The notes: generated by a model from the sequence alone, not told the origin. A stretch of DNA of 64,000 nucleotides from an uncultured Bacteroidota bacterium (GCA_963806435.1 CAWEBD010000075.1:5395-69394), one strand, 5' to 3'; positions 28,283 through 38,826 are shown, counted from the first letter of the stretch. Translations and numbers: made by a program.

Positions 28283-28933
28283 TTACAAACGCACCAGCAC
28301 TTTGAGGGAGGTAAACAGGAAATAGAAAGAAAGGACGACAAGCACGACACCCAGCCCGTAGTTTACTTTTTTCATCATTTCGTTTGATATAAATTTCTTT
28401 GCCCAATGAAGAGTATTTGCCAGAGTGAGGAGATACGATGCTAGCCCGATTGCACCCGAGGCGAGAAACATCAGGGAAGCGTTGGAGTCAAAGTCAGTGA
28501 CCAGTCCCAGGTCCTTGATTATCTTCACGCCGATGAGCCACCACACTATCATCATCGGGTTTGTTACTGCCAGCGAAAATCCGGTGAAGTAAGACAGCTT
28601 CTTGCTTTTCAGGGTTGCGTGACTGAGCTCCAGCATATTTGCCTTGGTGCCGTCGCGGAAAGTGAAGAAGGCCAGCAGCCACAGGATAGCCGTCGCGACC
28701 AACCCGAAGATCGCTACGACAATCTGGCTCTTTAAGAAAGGCGCGACGCCAAAAAGAGCGATCGCCCCGTACATCATATCGGAGCTCACGGATCCAAACG
28801 CGACCATGTAGGCTGCACGAAGGTGATTATTGAGTGAGCGCTTGGCAATTTCGATTTGCGTCGCTCCAATGGGGATCGCTGTTAGAAAGCCCAGGAAATA
28901 AGTGATAATCAGGAACAAAAAAGTATCCATCAC
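28283..28933 (-). CDS. LysE/RhtB-family amino-acid exporter-like membrane protein
   Basis: 216 aa with about six hydrophobic segments. Size and topology fit LysE-type translocators. Family assignment is by recall only. Confidence 0.55.
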   Translation of the reverse strand: MMDTFLFLIITYFLGFLTAIPIGATQIEIAKRSLNNHLRAAYMVAFGSVSSDMMYGAIALFGVAPFLKSQIVVAIFGLVATAILWLLAFFTFRDGTKANMLELSHATLKSKKLSYFTGFSLAVTNPMMIVWWLIGVKIIKDLGLVTDFDSNASLMFLASGAIGLASYLLTLANTLHWAKKFISNEMMKKVNYGLGVVLVVLSFYFLFTSLKVLVRL

Positions 28934-28967
28934 ACCTTATAGAATTTGTTCCAACAAATATAGGGCT

Positions 28968-30389
28968 TTACTTCACAAGAATCCGCACCCGATCCCGATG
29001 AAATGTCTTCCGTGCCGCCTCCACGTATTTCGAAGCTTCAAGGACGACATCTTCGGGATCGAGAGACCCGAAACAACGAACCTCTTTGCATGTCTTCGCC
29101 ATTTTGTTGATACAGGTGATGTTCCTGCATTGGGCCTCCGCTACGAAAGCCCTCGAAGGCGCTTCCTGGTTCGCCGGGAAAAATCCCGGAGCTTTCGAAT
29201 CGTATCCGTAAATACGTGAGGGGGTGCCGCCGAAAACGGAGAGAACGGCGGTTATGTTCCTGAGGCTTCTGCCCGAACTTCGGGCAAACTTTCTGGCGGC
29301 TGCCAGGTGGAGGGGACCAGTGTCACCGCTGATGAATACATCCGAGAGATCGATCAATGCGGCATACACGTCGAGGGAGGTTGATGCCGGGATTATCGTG
29401 ATCTTTCTTCTGTGCTCCGGAGATAGTGAATACAGGAGCTCGTGCTCAATAAATTTCTCCACATGCCCGGATCCAAGAAGCACCGAGTATCCCTTCTCGG
29501 CGAGTTTTCTAAGCAGCCTGCGCTGAAAATCGAACGGCATCCTTGTAAACCTTGCTGAGGCGTCCGGGTTGACCATGACTATCGGATCGTCTTGAGAAAC
29601 CCCCGCGACCAGCAGAAAATCATTCGCGGCGCTGATAGCTTCGTCGGAAAGGTACACGCCGGCGCCTTTAAAATCCCGACCGAAGCCCTGCGGGAGCCTG
29701 TCACGGAATAATGTGCCTATAAAATTGTAGGACTGGTAGACCACGTTGTTCACGCCGGAATTGGGATGGCTCTCATTCCTGATGAGTTCGGCCGCCATCA
29801 TGGAATAGTTGACGACATTCTTCTGTCCGAAAGTTCTGTCGTCTACCATCGGGCTGAAGTTTATCACGATGTCATAATTTCCGCCGTCCGCGATGCGTGC
29901 AAGTCCGGCCAGATCACTTTCTTCGGGAAAAGGGGCACCTTCGTACAAGGGATAAAGTGTCGATATTTCGGGGTTGCCTTCGATAAGGTCTCTGGCGGAT
30001 TTCTTTACGACGCAATCGATTGTTGCACCGGGAAAAATCTCTCTGGCTGCCGCCACGGCGCCTTGCCCGATGATCGCGTCGCCGATATTAAGATCCGCAG
30101 CGATAAGGATCCGGTTGATCCTCTTTGCCTTCGCGAGCTGCTTCCTTGCCTGACGTTCAACCGTCTTGAGAACGAAGATATTCCCCAGGAGATATCTGAC
30201 CGCCACGTCGAGGAGACGCGAGCCGTGTCGCGGGAAAACATCTGTTACCAGACTCGTGAATTGAAAAATTTTCTTGAACTGTGTTTCTTTGTCCATCTGG
30301 AACGGTTCCTTCTGATGCCCCTTGACATGGCTACGGAACCCGCGGTACGGTGAAACTCGTGATCTTTCCTGCTCTCTCGGTCTGCCCAA
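28968..30389 (-). CDS. glycosyltransferase family 9 (heptosyltransferase-like)
   Basis: 473 aa. RILIAADLNIGDAIIG N-domain and the GT9-type C-domain motif DLSDVFISGDTGPLHLAAA. The start may be the internal ATG at 30296 (MDKETQF). Cys-rich C-terminal tail. Confidence 0.6.
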   Translation of the reverse strand: MGRPREQERSRVSPYRGFRSHVKGHQKEPFQMDKETQFKKIFQFTSLVTDVFPRHGSRLLDVAVRYLLGNIFVLKTVERQARKQLAKAKRINRILIAADLNIGDAIIGQGAVAAAREIFPGATIDCVVKKSARDLIEGNPEISTLYPLYEGAPFPEESDLAGLARIADGGNYDIVINFSPMVDDRTFGQKNVVNYSMMAAELIRNESHPNSGVNNVVYQSYNFIGTLFRDRLPQGFGRDFKGAGVYLSDEAISAANDFLLVAGVSQDDPIVMVNPDASARFTRMPFDFQRRLLRKLAEKGYSVLLGSGHVEKFIEHELLYSLSPEHRRKITIIPASTSLDVYAALIDLSDVFISGDTGPLHLAAARKFARSSGRSLRNITAVLSVFGGTPSRIYGYDSKAPGFFPANQEAPSRAFVAEAQCRNITCINKMAKTCKEVRCFGSLDPEDVVLEASKYVEAARKTFHRDRVRILVK

Positions 30390-30607
30390 CTCAACTCCTG
30401 CAAGTTCGAGAAGACTTGCGGCAGAAAGGTTTAAGAGATTTGCCGAATAAAATGTACCTGTTCAATATGAAATCAAGATGAATGTTCCGCTAACATTCTG
30501 ACAAAAGACGGGTTACGCGGCCCGGCGAAACGGGTTCCCGCCCGGTTCGGGGCAGCGTGGGCTGCGAGGCGATCACAGCCTTGCAGCCCGGGTCCGGCGT
30601 CGGCCGG

Positions 30608-32353
30608 CTATTGGAACTTAACGCAGAGCTGCGTTATGTCGTCGCTCTGGGGGGCATCCGCCACAAAGGAGGCGACCTCCTTACGGATGGTCTCGAGTAT
30701 TTCATCCGCATCCAATCCGGCATTCAGCCTGAGCAGCTCGTCGATCCTTTCCTCCGTGAACTGCTCACCGTCCGGGTTAAGAGCTTCGTTAACTCCGTCC
30801 GTAAACATGTAAAGGAAATCCCCGCTCTCGATTCTCTCAAAACCGGTCTGGTACTTCACGTTCGGCAAGACGCCAAGCATAAGTCCGCCCTGGTCCAATC
30901 TTCTCACGCTTCCGCCAGCCTTCATAAGATAAGGATAGTTATGTCCCGCGTTAATGTAGATAAGATGCTTTTCGGAGGAATTGTAAATCGCCGCGAAGAA
31001 TGTGATGAACCTGTCGCTTTCGGTGTTGTCATACACGATGTTATTGAGCCGCTCAGTTATCTGATCGAGTCTCAGCTCGGTCGCCATCAAGGCCCTGAAT
31101 GCCGACTGTAGATTGGCCATGAGCAGCGCAGCGGGAAATCCTTTACCGGATACGTCGGCTATCGCCACGCATATCTTCTCCTCACTCAGCTTTATCACAT
31201 CGAAATAGTCGCCGCCGACCTGTTTGGTAGGAATGTGGAAGGTGCCGACGACACACCCGGCGAAGCCAGGCATCACTCTTGGAAGAAGCTTCTCCTGGAT
31301 CGTGTGAGCGAGACTGAGTTCTTCTTCAAGCCTCTGTTTCGCGAGGGACTCCTCGAAGAGCCTGGCGTTATCGATCGCCATCGCGGCCAGGTTGCACAAG
31401 GAAGAGATGAAGCTTATTTCAGAATCGGTATACTTTGCGCGCGATACTCTTTCGCCGAGAATCAGGAGTCCGTCGACTTTACTCTGAAGCTGGAAGGGCA
31501 CGACCAGTTCCGCTCCCTTTTCGAGGAGCTTTGCCGCGATGGGCATTTCACTAGCGAGGTCCGCGAGCCTCATGGGCGATTCGGATGAGCAGAGAGGATG
31601 AAGATCGGATTCCTCGAGTCCCGGAATCCTGTTAACCACGATGCGTCCCTTTGAATCGTGCACGAGACAAATTGCGTATTTTCTCGCGCCGGTCTGACCC
31701 ATGACCGCGAATTCGAGTGTCCGGATGGCACGGGCTTCATCTATCAACAGGTTGAATTCCTTGCTCAGCTCGAAGAGGGTCTGCAGTTCCTGCACCCTCC
31801 GTTGAAGTTCGAAGTTGGAGTCCTTGTACTGCCGGAACACAATGGCGTTCTCGATTGCGGCGGCGGCGATATTGCAGAGGGTAGAGACGAACTCTATCTC
31901 CGACGGGATAAATTCGTCGCCGATAAGTTTCCGACCGATGAACAGGTAGCCGAAGAGCCGGTGAGACGTCCTTATCGCGAAGAGCCTTTCGACGCCCGCC
32001 CCCGCAAGTCTAGCTCCCAACGAATTACCGACGTCGGCTGCGGCCACCGAGCCCTCCAGATCGAGCACGAACAGTTCCGCCATGATCTCGTCATTCAGAA
32101 CGATCCCCTTGCCGATCTTGACGAACTCTTCTTTTCCCCGGCCCGTTCCCGAGGCCGAGCGTACCACCGCGCCTGATTTGGACACTGCGAGCTTCCCCAT
32201 TGACGCGAGCATTATGTGGTTAAGTATGAATTGGTAATCGAGAGATGAATTGAGGATCTTCGCCGTCTCGATCAGGGAGGTGAGTTCGACAAATTGGTCG
32301 CTGCCGCGGCCCGCGGGCCGTTTGCCGGGCGTCGACTTAAGACTTTTGCTCAT
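30608..32353 (-). CDS. GAF-GAF-PP2C (SpoIIE/RsbU-type) protein serine phosphatase
   Basis: 581 aa. Two GAF-like regions, then a PP2C core: GGDYFDV...VAIADVSGKGFPAALLMA...FTDGVNEA...DDITQLCVKF. Confidence 0.8.
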   Translation of the reverse strand: MSKSLKSTPGKRPAGRGSDQFVELTSLIETAKILNSSLDYQFILNHIMLASMGKLAVSKSGAVVRSASGTGRGKEEFVKIGKGIVLNDEIMAELFVLDLEGSVAAADVGNSLGARLAGAGVERLFAIRTSHRLFGYLFIGRKLIGDEFIPSEIEFVSTLCNIAAAAIENAIVFRQYKDSNFELQRRVQELQTLFELSKEFNLLIDEARAIRTLEFAVMGQTGARKYAICLVHDSKGRIVVNRIPGLEESDLHPLCSSESPMRLADLASEMPIAAKLLEKGAELVVPFQLQSKVDGLLILGERVSRAKYTDSEISFISSLCNLAAMAIDNARLFEESLAKQRLEEELSLAHTIQEKLLPRVMPGFAGCVVGTFHIPTKQVGGDYFDVIKLSEEKICVAIADVSGKGFPAALLMANLQSAFRALMATELRLDQITERLNNIVYDNTESDRFITFFAAIYNSSEKHLIYINAGHNYPYLMKAGGSVRRLDQGGLMLGVLPNVKYQTGFERIESGDFLYMFTDGVNEALNPDGEQFTEERIDELLRLNAGLDADEILETIRKEVASFVADAPQSDDITQLCVKFQ

Positions 32354-32780
32354 TTCTCAGGTTACGGACAAGCCTCACTTCGTTTGAAGCATCCTGGCCA
32401 CGATATTCCACTGTGTCCATGAGTTTCCTCATGAGGAAAATTCCGAGCCCTCCGGCTTTATGCTTTTTGACTTTATCCTTGATGTTAGGAAGAGGTACTT
32501 CTTCAGGCTTGAAGCTGGCGCCCCAGTCGCGCACCACAACCTGAAATTCCGTTCCGCTTGCCAATATCCTGACTTCAAATTCGGCGTCGGGGTTCCCCTT
32601 GTATGCGTGTTTAATAACGTTTGTGCAGGCTTCGTCGACAGCGAGTGTTATTTCGGAGACTTCCTTGTCTCCGAACCCGAACCTCACGGCGCATCCGTCT
32701 ACGAACTCACGCACGTCGGCAAGCGCATTGGTCGTGCTCTTGAAAACTCTTGAATCCTCTATTTTATCTGAGCTTTTCAC
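32337..32780 (-). CDS. anti-sigma regulatory kinase (RsbW/SpoIIAB-like HATPase)
   Basis: 147 aa. N-box LAVDEACTNVIKHAY and G-boxes DWGASF...KAGGLGIFLM. 17-nt overlap with the phosphatase gene. Confidence 0.8.
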   Translation of the reverse strand: MKSSDKIEDSRVFKSTTNALADVREFVDGCAVRFGFGDKEVSEITLAVDEACTNVIKHAYKGNPDAEFEVRILASGTEFQVVVRDWGASFKPEEVPLPNIKDKVKKHKAGGLGIFLMRKLMDTVEYRGQDASNEVRLVRNLRNEQKS

Positions 32781-32811
32781 AATTCCTTCGGAATGTTATC
32801 AACCTAACCGG

Positions 32812-33162
32812 TCAACTATTGTTGAACTTGTTTAACGCCTCGTCCTGGTCTTTATAGATTTCATAAAGGAACGGAAATCCCAGGAGATCGAACACGTTGA
32901 AGACCTTCTGCTGCATAGCCGCGAGCTTAATGTCCCCCCGGTTGTTTCTCACCTCGTCGATATACGCCATGAATACTCCCAGGCCTGCACTCGATATATA
33001 ATTGAGCCCGTTGAAGTTGACCACAATATTGTACTTGCCCTTTGCTATGAGTTCCGAAAATGTCTTTTCAAGGTCGGGCGCGGTATGAGCATCCAGGAAT
33101 CCGTGAAGCTCCATGATAACGGCTTTCCCCGAGTCTCGAGTCAGCACCTTAAACTCATTCAT
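32812..33162 (-). CDS. STAS-domain anti-anti-sigma factor (RsbV/SpoIIAA-like)
   Basis: 116 aa. The phosphorylatable Ser is in the context NGLNYISSAGLGVF. Confidence 0.85.
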   Translation of the reverse strand: MNEFKVLTRDSGKAVIMELHGFLDAHTAPDLEKTFSELIAKGKYNIVVNFNGLNYISSAGLGVFMAYIDEVRNNRGDIKLAAMQQKVFNVFDLLGFPFLYEIYKDQDEALNKFNNS

Positions 33163-33243
33163 TACTTCCTCCAGCTTTCATGGTATGGTCCCGCCCGCCG
33201 GTCATCCGGAAAGGAACGGGGAGCCATCGATCGTCTTTCAAAA

Positions 33244-35355
33244 TCATCTCCATTTTAAAACCAGAACGGTCGTGTCGTCGACCGCGTCTGTGCCCTGTGA
33301 AAATTCAGCAAGAGCGCGGATGATGCCTCCTTTGATCTCCGTCGGTGATCCGCCGCTCGTCTCTTTTAACAAATCGTAAAAACGCTGTTCTCCGAACTCC
33401 TGGCCGCCGGGGTCCCTTTGATCGGTAACGCCGTCGGTGTAAAACACGAGAGTATCGCCGTGACCAAGAACAAATTTTTCCTCTCCCAGGTGCCGTCCGA
33501 AATCGCCCGATTGCTCGAGCCCCAGGCCTGCACCTGTCGGCCGTATCAGCCTGCAGTGCTTCTCTCCGCTTCCTGCGTTGGAGCTAATCAGCACAGCCGG
33601 AGTATGTCCGGCACGCACTATGGAAATATCTCCTGTATCGCCGTCGAGCACTGCGTAAATCAGCGTAATGAAGAAATTCTTTTGGAGCGTGCTTCCGACC
33701 GCTTCGTTCGCTGCCATCATGAATTCGAGAGGCGACTTCGCTGAAGCCGAGAGCGACTGGAAAATTCCCTTCATGTAAGCCATGTAAAACGCGGCCGATG
33801 TCCCTTTGCCGGACACGTCGCCGACGACAAACGCGTATCTCCTGTCGTCGATTCGAGAATAATCAATATAGTCACCACCGACCTCGAATGCAGGGAATGA
33901 GAGGAAATCGGTCTCGAATTTATCCGAGCTCGGCAGAGAAGTCGGGAGGAGCTTCAACTGCATATCGTGGGCTATACGCAGCTCGTGCTGAAGGCGCTCA
34001 TTCTCGATAGACTTCGTGAAGAGGAGCGAATTCTGTATCGCAACGGCCGCGGTGTCGGCAAAAGCGCTTACGGTCGAGATCTCTTCGTCGTCGAACGCGT
34101 ACGGCATCTCGTGAGCCGCGTAGAGCATCCCGATAAAATCATCGTGAGCAGTAAGCGGGACGGCGAGGAGCGATTTGGCCGGGAAGTTCTTCAGGTTCAG
34201 ATTCACGAATTCGTCGGCGTCTTGAACTATCACCCGCTTGTCCGTCCGCACCGCCTTCCTCACGGCATCGAAATCGAATGCGGAAAGCTCGTACTGGCTG
34301 GTCCTGTGCGTTGCGGAGATCTTGTATTCGTCCCCGGAATCGCCGTCGCCCTCGTATCTCAGCTCGATCCAGACCTTGTTTGCCTGAGTCACGGCTCCGA
34401 CAACGGCGACGGTGTTGTTCAGGACCTCCGACGTGTCCAGCACATTCGTGATGACTTTGCTGAGGTTCTGGTACGAGTCGAGCTCGCGCTTCTTTTTCTC
34501 GAACACCCCGCTCGTCGGGATATGAAACATCGTCACGATGAATGCAAGCGAGAAATAAATCGTCAGGAACAGGAAAACGATTTTCGAGAACTCCTCCATC
34601 GGCTGGCTGTAGAAACTCAGGACTCCCCCCGCAAGATTTGCCGGGCCGATGGAGGCGTATGAATATCCGAACAGGACCATCAGAACGAACGAATGGACAA
34701 GGGATTTGTATTTTTCCTTCTTGGTAAGGAAGACTATCCAGTTCATGCTGACGATGTGGAGAACCGCAATGATAATCGCGATTACGAAGGCGATTTCGCG
34801 CAGAGCCGACAGGAAAGAGGAGCCGTTGAAAATGCTCAGGAAAGCCGCCACCAGCGCGAAAATTATGAAGAGTTGAAATCTCCTCCTGACTTTCCTGTCC
34901 GGCTTAATGTAGATCATGTCGCTCATCGTCATCAGCAGGATAATGACGAAGCCGGCGATCCCGAACGCGAACGCGGTTGTCGCCAGCAGCTGCATGATAT
35001 TGCCGGGGACAAAACTTCCAGACGAGCTTCCTTTACTCTCGAGAATTATCCCCCAGGTCGAAATGATTGCCGCTGAGAAGAAGCCGTATGCCACAAGCCT
35101 CCGAAGGATTTCCAGAGGCTTGGGGGATTTCTTGTTGCGGAAGAGCCCCATTGCCGCGTAGAGAAAAATGAAAGCCGCGACGGTGAACAAGTTCCGGAAG
35201 CCGTTCAGGACCGGATCTTCCAGATTGATTGAAATCCTGATCCAGTCAAAAACAAGCAATACCGTCGCAATTGATCCCGCTGCTACGAAATACAGACTGT
35301 TTCTGAAGTTAAGTCGCATGTGCTTTAATCTAATTCTACTATTCGCATTCTGCAA
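33244..35355 (-). CDS. polytopic membrane sensor - GAF - PP2C (SpoIIE-type) phosphatase
   Basis: 703 aa. About 290 aa of N-terminal hydrophobic helices, a GAF-like region, then a PP2C core: GGDYIDY...FVVGDVSGKGTSAAFYMA...YTDGVTDQ...DDTTVLVLKW. Confidence 0.8.
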   Translation of the reverse strand: MQNANSRIRLKHMRLNFRNSLYFVAAGSIATVLLVFDWIRISINLEDPVLNGFRNLFTVAAFIFLYAAMGLFRNKKSPKPLEILRRLVAYGFFSAAIISTWGIILESKGSSSGSFVPGNIMQLLATTAFAFGIAGFVIILLMTMSDMIYIKPDRKVRRRFQLFIIFALVAAFLSIFNGSSFLSALREIAFVIAIIIAVLHIVSMNWIVFLTKKEKYKSLVHSFVLMVLFGYSYASIGPANLAGGVLSFYSQPMEEFSKIVFLFLTIYFSLAFIVTMFHIPTSGVFEKKKRELDSYQNLSKVITNVLDTSEVLNNTVAVVGAVTQANKVWIELRYEGDGDSGDEYKISATHRTSQYELSAFDFDAVRKAVRTDKRVIVQDADEFVNLNLKNFPAKSLLAVPLTAHDDFIGMLYAAHEMPYAFDDEEISTVSAFADTAAVAIQNSLLFTKSIENERLQHELRIAHDMQLKLLPTSLPSSDKFETDFLSFPAFEVGGDYIDYSRIDDRRYAFVVGDVSGKGTSAAFYMAYMKGIFQSLSASAKSPLEFMMAANEAVGSTLQKNFFITLIYAVLDGDTGDISIVRAGHTPAVLISSNAGSGEKHCRLIRPTGAGLGLEQSGDFGRHLGEEKFVLGHGDTLVFYTDGVTDQRDPGGQEFGEQRFYDLLKETSGGSPTEIKGGIIRALAEFSQGTDAVDDTTVLVLKWR

Positions 35356-35527
35356 TCTTTTGTTACAGAAGCCTGCGGAAAGCGCGGTTTCACGGTATCA
35401 GTCCGACAAGGAGTGATGTAACCCTTGAATAGAATAAGATGCCGGCTTCGCTGCTCCTTGTGAGCGCATCGGTCCGCATACCCGAACCGTTTCTATCTGC
35501 ATAGCTCGCCGGAGACAATTCCCCGGC

Positions 35528-36157
35528 TCAATACTTCATTTCACCCGCTTCGATTGGAGCATCCAGATGATTCTCCTGCGGCACTATCGGGCAGCTGTAA
35601 TTGTGGTTGTAGGCACAGTAAGGATTGTAAGCGTAGTTGAAATCGAGAACGTATTCTCCCGATTCATTCTGATTCAAGTCGATGTATCTCCCGCCGGAAT
35701 ACGAAGTCTTTCCGCATGTCTCGTCCGTAAATGGGACGAAGAGCTCGTTTGAATCATCCCCCGTCATCTTATAGACGTAGAGGCTTAGTTTCTTGCCGGC
35801 TGCATCGAACTCAAACCTGCCGTATTCGACTGCGGCTCGCGTCTCGCCACCCGTCGCCTGTATGCCAATCTGTTTCGGGGAGCCCTCTTTCAGGAGCTTC
35901 ACCCTGAAGATGAGATCGAAATTCGGCGGATAGTAATCGAGCTGGCGGAACGCAACTCTCTGGGCGTGGGTAAGCGGTGAGGACAAATTCGAGCGGAAGA
36001 ATAGATCTTTTCTCTCTCTGAAACGGTCGAGCTGTTCCAGGTAGGACCGCCTCTCGGCGGAGCTGAAAGTCACCCTTTTATAGTTGCCCGAGCATGCGGC
36101 GAGGCTCAGTGCGAGGAGAAGAAGGAGCGGGATGCGGACTTTAGTTGCCGTTTTCAA
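35528..36157 (-). CDS. DUF1684-family lipoprotein
   Basis: TTG at 36157 gives (M)KTATKVRIPLLLLLALSLAACSG, a lipoprotein signal. The track start at 36238 would overlap the upstream gene by 98 nt. C-terminal GGRYIDL...YAYNPYCAYNHNYSCPIVPQENHL matches DUF1684 as recalled. Confidence 0.65.
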   Translation of the reverse strand: MKTATKVRIPLLLLLALSLAACSGNYKRVTFSSAERRSYLEQLDRFRERKDLFFRSNLSSPLTHAQRVAFRQLDYYPPNFDLIFRVKLLKEGSPKQIGIQATGGETRAAVEYGRFEFDAAGKKLSLYVYKMTGDDSNELFVPFTDETCGKTSYSGGRYIDLNQNESGEYVLDFNYAYNPYCAYNHNYSCPIVPQENHLDAPIEAGEMKY

Positions 36158-37190
36158 GAATAAGTTCGAGCGAGATCCGGTGAGTGTCACCCAGAGAACC
36201 GGAATATGCGAAGCGCGCAAAAGAATAATCGATTTCAAGCTTGGGCAGGTGAATCCCGGCCCCGACCGTAAACTGTTTCACCTCGTTGTAACCCGCGCGT
36301 ATGGCGATGACATTCTTATAGCTCACCTCGGTACCCGCACGGACATCAGCGCTGAGTGGGCCCAGGTGAACCGTTGAGGAGGCTCCCAGATTGTCGGCGT
36401 TAAAAAGGAGATCCAACGCCGGAGTCACATCCACAGGCCCGATCGACAAATTATAGCTGGCTCCTGTGGCGAGTGTCGGAGGCGAAACCTCGGTTGTACC
36501 GGTTGTCCAGGCTACGACCGTTGTCGTAGCATTCTGCAGGTTCGCACCGAGATTGAAATTTCTGAAAGGCGTGTAAAGCGCTCCCACGTCGAATCCGATG
36601 CCCGTTCCGTAAGTCGAGCCTATGCTGCGGCGAATGAACTTGACATTCGCGCCGTAAGAGAAATTGTCGCTTGCCCGCTTCGCGTAACTCCCGATAAGGG
36701 CAATGTCCGTCGCACTGAAGAAAGTTATTTTGGAATAATCGAGCCGATCCCCGGAATCGAAGATCCCGTTGTGGTTGTAGTCGATGAGAGCGTTGAGAGT
36801 GTTCGGTATACCGCTGACATTCAAAACGATCAGGCTTAGACCGACGGTCTCCGTCTTGGAGAGAGACATAGCCCCTGCGCCGTAATTGAAGCTGACCGCG
36901 TCGGCGTAGCGTTGGTCGTGCATCAGCATAATCTCGGGAAACTTGATTCTTGCAAGGCCGGCAGGGTTCCAGTAACCGGCCGTTACGTCGTTCGCGACTG
37001 CCGTGTACGCGCTCCCCATACCGAGCGCTCTTCCCCCGACTCCAATATCGAGGAAGTCGTTCGCGTATTTGGCGAGCGTGAGTCCCTGCGCAAGCACATC
37101 GGCGGGCTTCGCAAGTCCGATCGACGCGAGAAACGCAACCACCAGGAAGAGCCAACGATTACGATTCAAGCGGCTCAGCACCGAATTCAT
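36141..37190 (-). CDS. PorV/PorQ-like outer-membrane beta-barrel protein
   Basis: 349 aa. Signal peptide WLFLVVAFLASIGLAKPADVLA. GGRALGMGSAYTAVANDVTAGYWNPAGLA motif typical of the PorV/PorQ (FadL-like) family as recalled. Alternating beta-strand pattern. Confidence 0.5.
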   Translation of the reverse strand: MNSVLSRLNRNRWLFLVVAFLASIGLAKPADVLAQGLTLAKYANDFLDIGVGGRALGMGSAYTAVANDVTAGYWNPAGLARIKFPEIMLMHDQRYADAVSFNYGAGAMSLSKTETVGLSLIVLNVSGIPNTLNALIDYNHNGIFDSGDRLDYSKITFFSATDIALIGSYAKRASDNFSYGANVKFIRRSIGSTYGTGIGFDVGALYTPFRNFNLGANLQNATTTVVAWTTGTTEVSPPTLATGASYNLSIGPVDVTPALDLLFNADNLGASSTVHLGPLSADVRAGTEVSYKNVIAIRAGYNEVKQFTVGAGIHLPKLEIDYSFARFAYSGSLGDTHRISLELILENGN

Positions 37191-38826
37191 CCTTCAAATA
37201 TTTTACCAGCGGATCGTTGCTATCGGTATCGACAGGCTGTTCGGTATTGACTATGGTAAAGTCGATCGCCACTCGCGCTCCGAGCGTTTTAAGGATAGCG
37301 TCCTGTATATACGTCTTATAAGGCTTCGTCATTCCAATTACGACTTCGTTCGGCGCGCCGAGCATAAGCCAGCCGTTTTGCACTCCGAGAGGCTTCAGGT
37401 TAATCAGCTGCGACCAAACACCGATCCTCTCGCCGCGCACGGCGAGCAGGAACTCATCCCACCGCACGTTGATCTCCTGAAAAGAGGACTCGCTGGTAAC
37501 GTGTGACGGCCGCTCCTCCGCGTTCCTGACGGCGGGACGGGGCACGGGCCGGCTCGGTACAGCGACTGGTGGGGACTTCCGTTCGGGATACGCGGGACGG
37601 GTTTCTTTCAACGAAGGACCGGGAATCCCTCCGTCCGCGACCGGACGGGGCGCTTGTGGCGCCGTGAGTGAGCCTTTATGGCCGATCAAGTTTTTTTTTA
37701 GCTCGTCTACCTGTTGAAGAAGCTCGCGCAGTTTGACGGCGCGCTCCATGTTGACAAGCTGCAGAAGCGTCATTTCCAGCTTAATCCTTGGCTGCGACAC
37801 GTATTTTATCTGCTGAATGGCTTCGCTGATTAACTTCAGCATGCGAAGCAGGTCAAGCTTGTCGAACCTGGCCGCCGTCTCGAGATATCTCTTCCTGTAA
37901 TCCTCCGAAGCTTCGACGAGATCCGCTTTACCGGTTGTCGAGGCTATAAGCAGATTCCTAACGTGCTCGGACAGACCTTCGAGAAAATCGACGGAATCGT
38001 AGCCACGCGACATTATCTGCGCCGCCAGCTCGACAGCACCTTTCGAATCGTTCTTTTCGATAAGCTCAGTTGTCTTGAAAAACAGCTCGCTGTCCACCAG
38101 GCTGAGGGCGTTGACGACGATTTCATGCTTGATGTCGTTTCCGCAGAACGCCGCGACCTGGTCGAAAATGCTCAGCGCATCCCGCATCGAGCCGTCGCCC
38201 TTTTTCGCGATCGTGACGAACGATTCTTCATCGACCGCTATCTGCTCCTTCTCGGCGATGGTGCGAAGCCGCTCAATTATCTTCTCGATCTCAATCCTCT
38301 TGAAATCGAATCTCTGGCAGCGGGTGAGAATCGTGGGAATGACTTTGTGCGGCTCGGTCGTGGCGAGCACGAATATCGCGTACGCCGGCGGCTCTTCAAG
38401 CGTCTTCAGAAGCGCGTTGAAGGCCTCCTTCGTGAGCATATGCACTTCGTCTATTATATAGACCTTGTATTTGAGTCTCGAAGGGGAATAACGGACCGAT
38501 TCGCGCAGGTCCCTAATCTCGTCGATGCCGCGGTTGGAGGCGCCGTCTATTTCTATGACGTCCAGGCTTCTCCCGTCGGTGATCTCCTTGCAGACGTCGC
38601 ACTCGTTGCAGGGTTCGCCATCCTTGACGTTCTGGCAGTTGATCGCCTTCGCGAAAATGCGCGCCGTCGTCGTTTTGCCGACGCCGCTCGGGCCGCTGAA
38701 CAGATACGCATGTGCTATCCGGTTGCGGACGATCGCGTTCTTCATTGTGACGGTGACGTGCTCCTGAGCCGTCACGTCGTCGAATCGCATGGGGCGCCAC
38801 TTGCGCGCCGTTACGAGATATGTCAT
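37159..38826 (-). CDS. dnaX: DNA polymerase III subunits gamma/tau
   Basis: 555 aa. Walker A GPSGVGKTT, zinc module CNECDVCKEI, DEVHML, and sensor TRCQRFDF. Confidence 0.9.
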   Translation of the reverse strand: MTYLVTARKWRPMRFDDVTAQEHVTVTMKNAIVRNRIAHAYLFSGPSGVGKTTTARIFAKAINCQNVKDGEPCNECDVCKEITDGRSLDVIEIDGASNRGIDEIRDLRESVRYSPSRLKYKVYIIDEVHMLTKEAFNALLKTLEEPPAYAIFVLATTEPHKVIPTILTRCQRFDFKRIEIEKIIERLRTIAEKEQIAVDEESFVTIAKKGDGSMRDALSIFDQVAAFCGNDIKHEIVVNALSLVDSELFFKTTELIEKNDSKGAVELAAQIMSRGYDSVDFLEGLSEHVRNLLIASTTGKADLVEASEDYRKRYLETAARFDKLDLLRMLKLISEAIQQIKYVSQPRIKLEMTLLQLVNMERAVKLRELLQQVDELKKNLIGHKGSLTAPQAPRPVADGGIPGPSLKETRPAYPERKSPPVAVPSRPVPRPAVRNAEERPSHVTSESSFQEINVRWDEFLLAVRGERIGVWSQLINLKPLGVQNGWLMLGAPNEVVIGMTKPYKTYIQDAILKTLGARVAIDFTIVNTEQPVDTDSNDPLVKYLKDEFGAEPLES

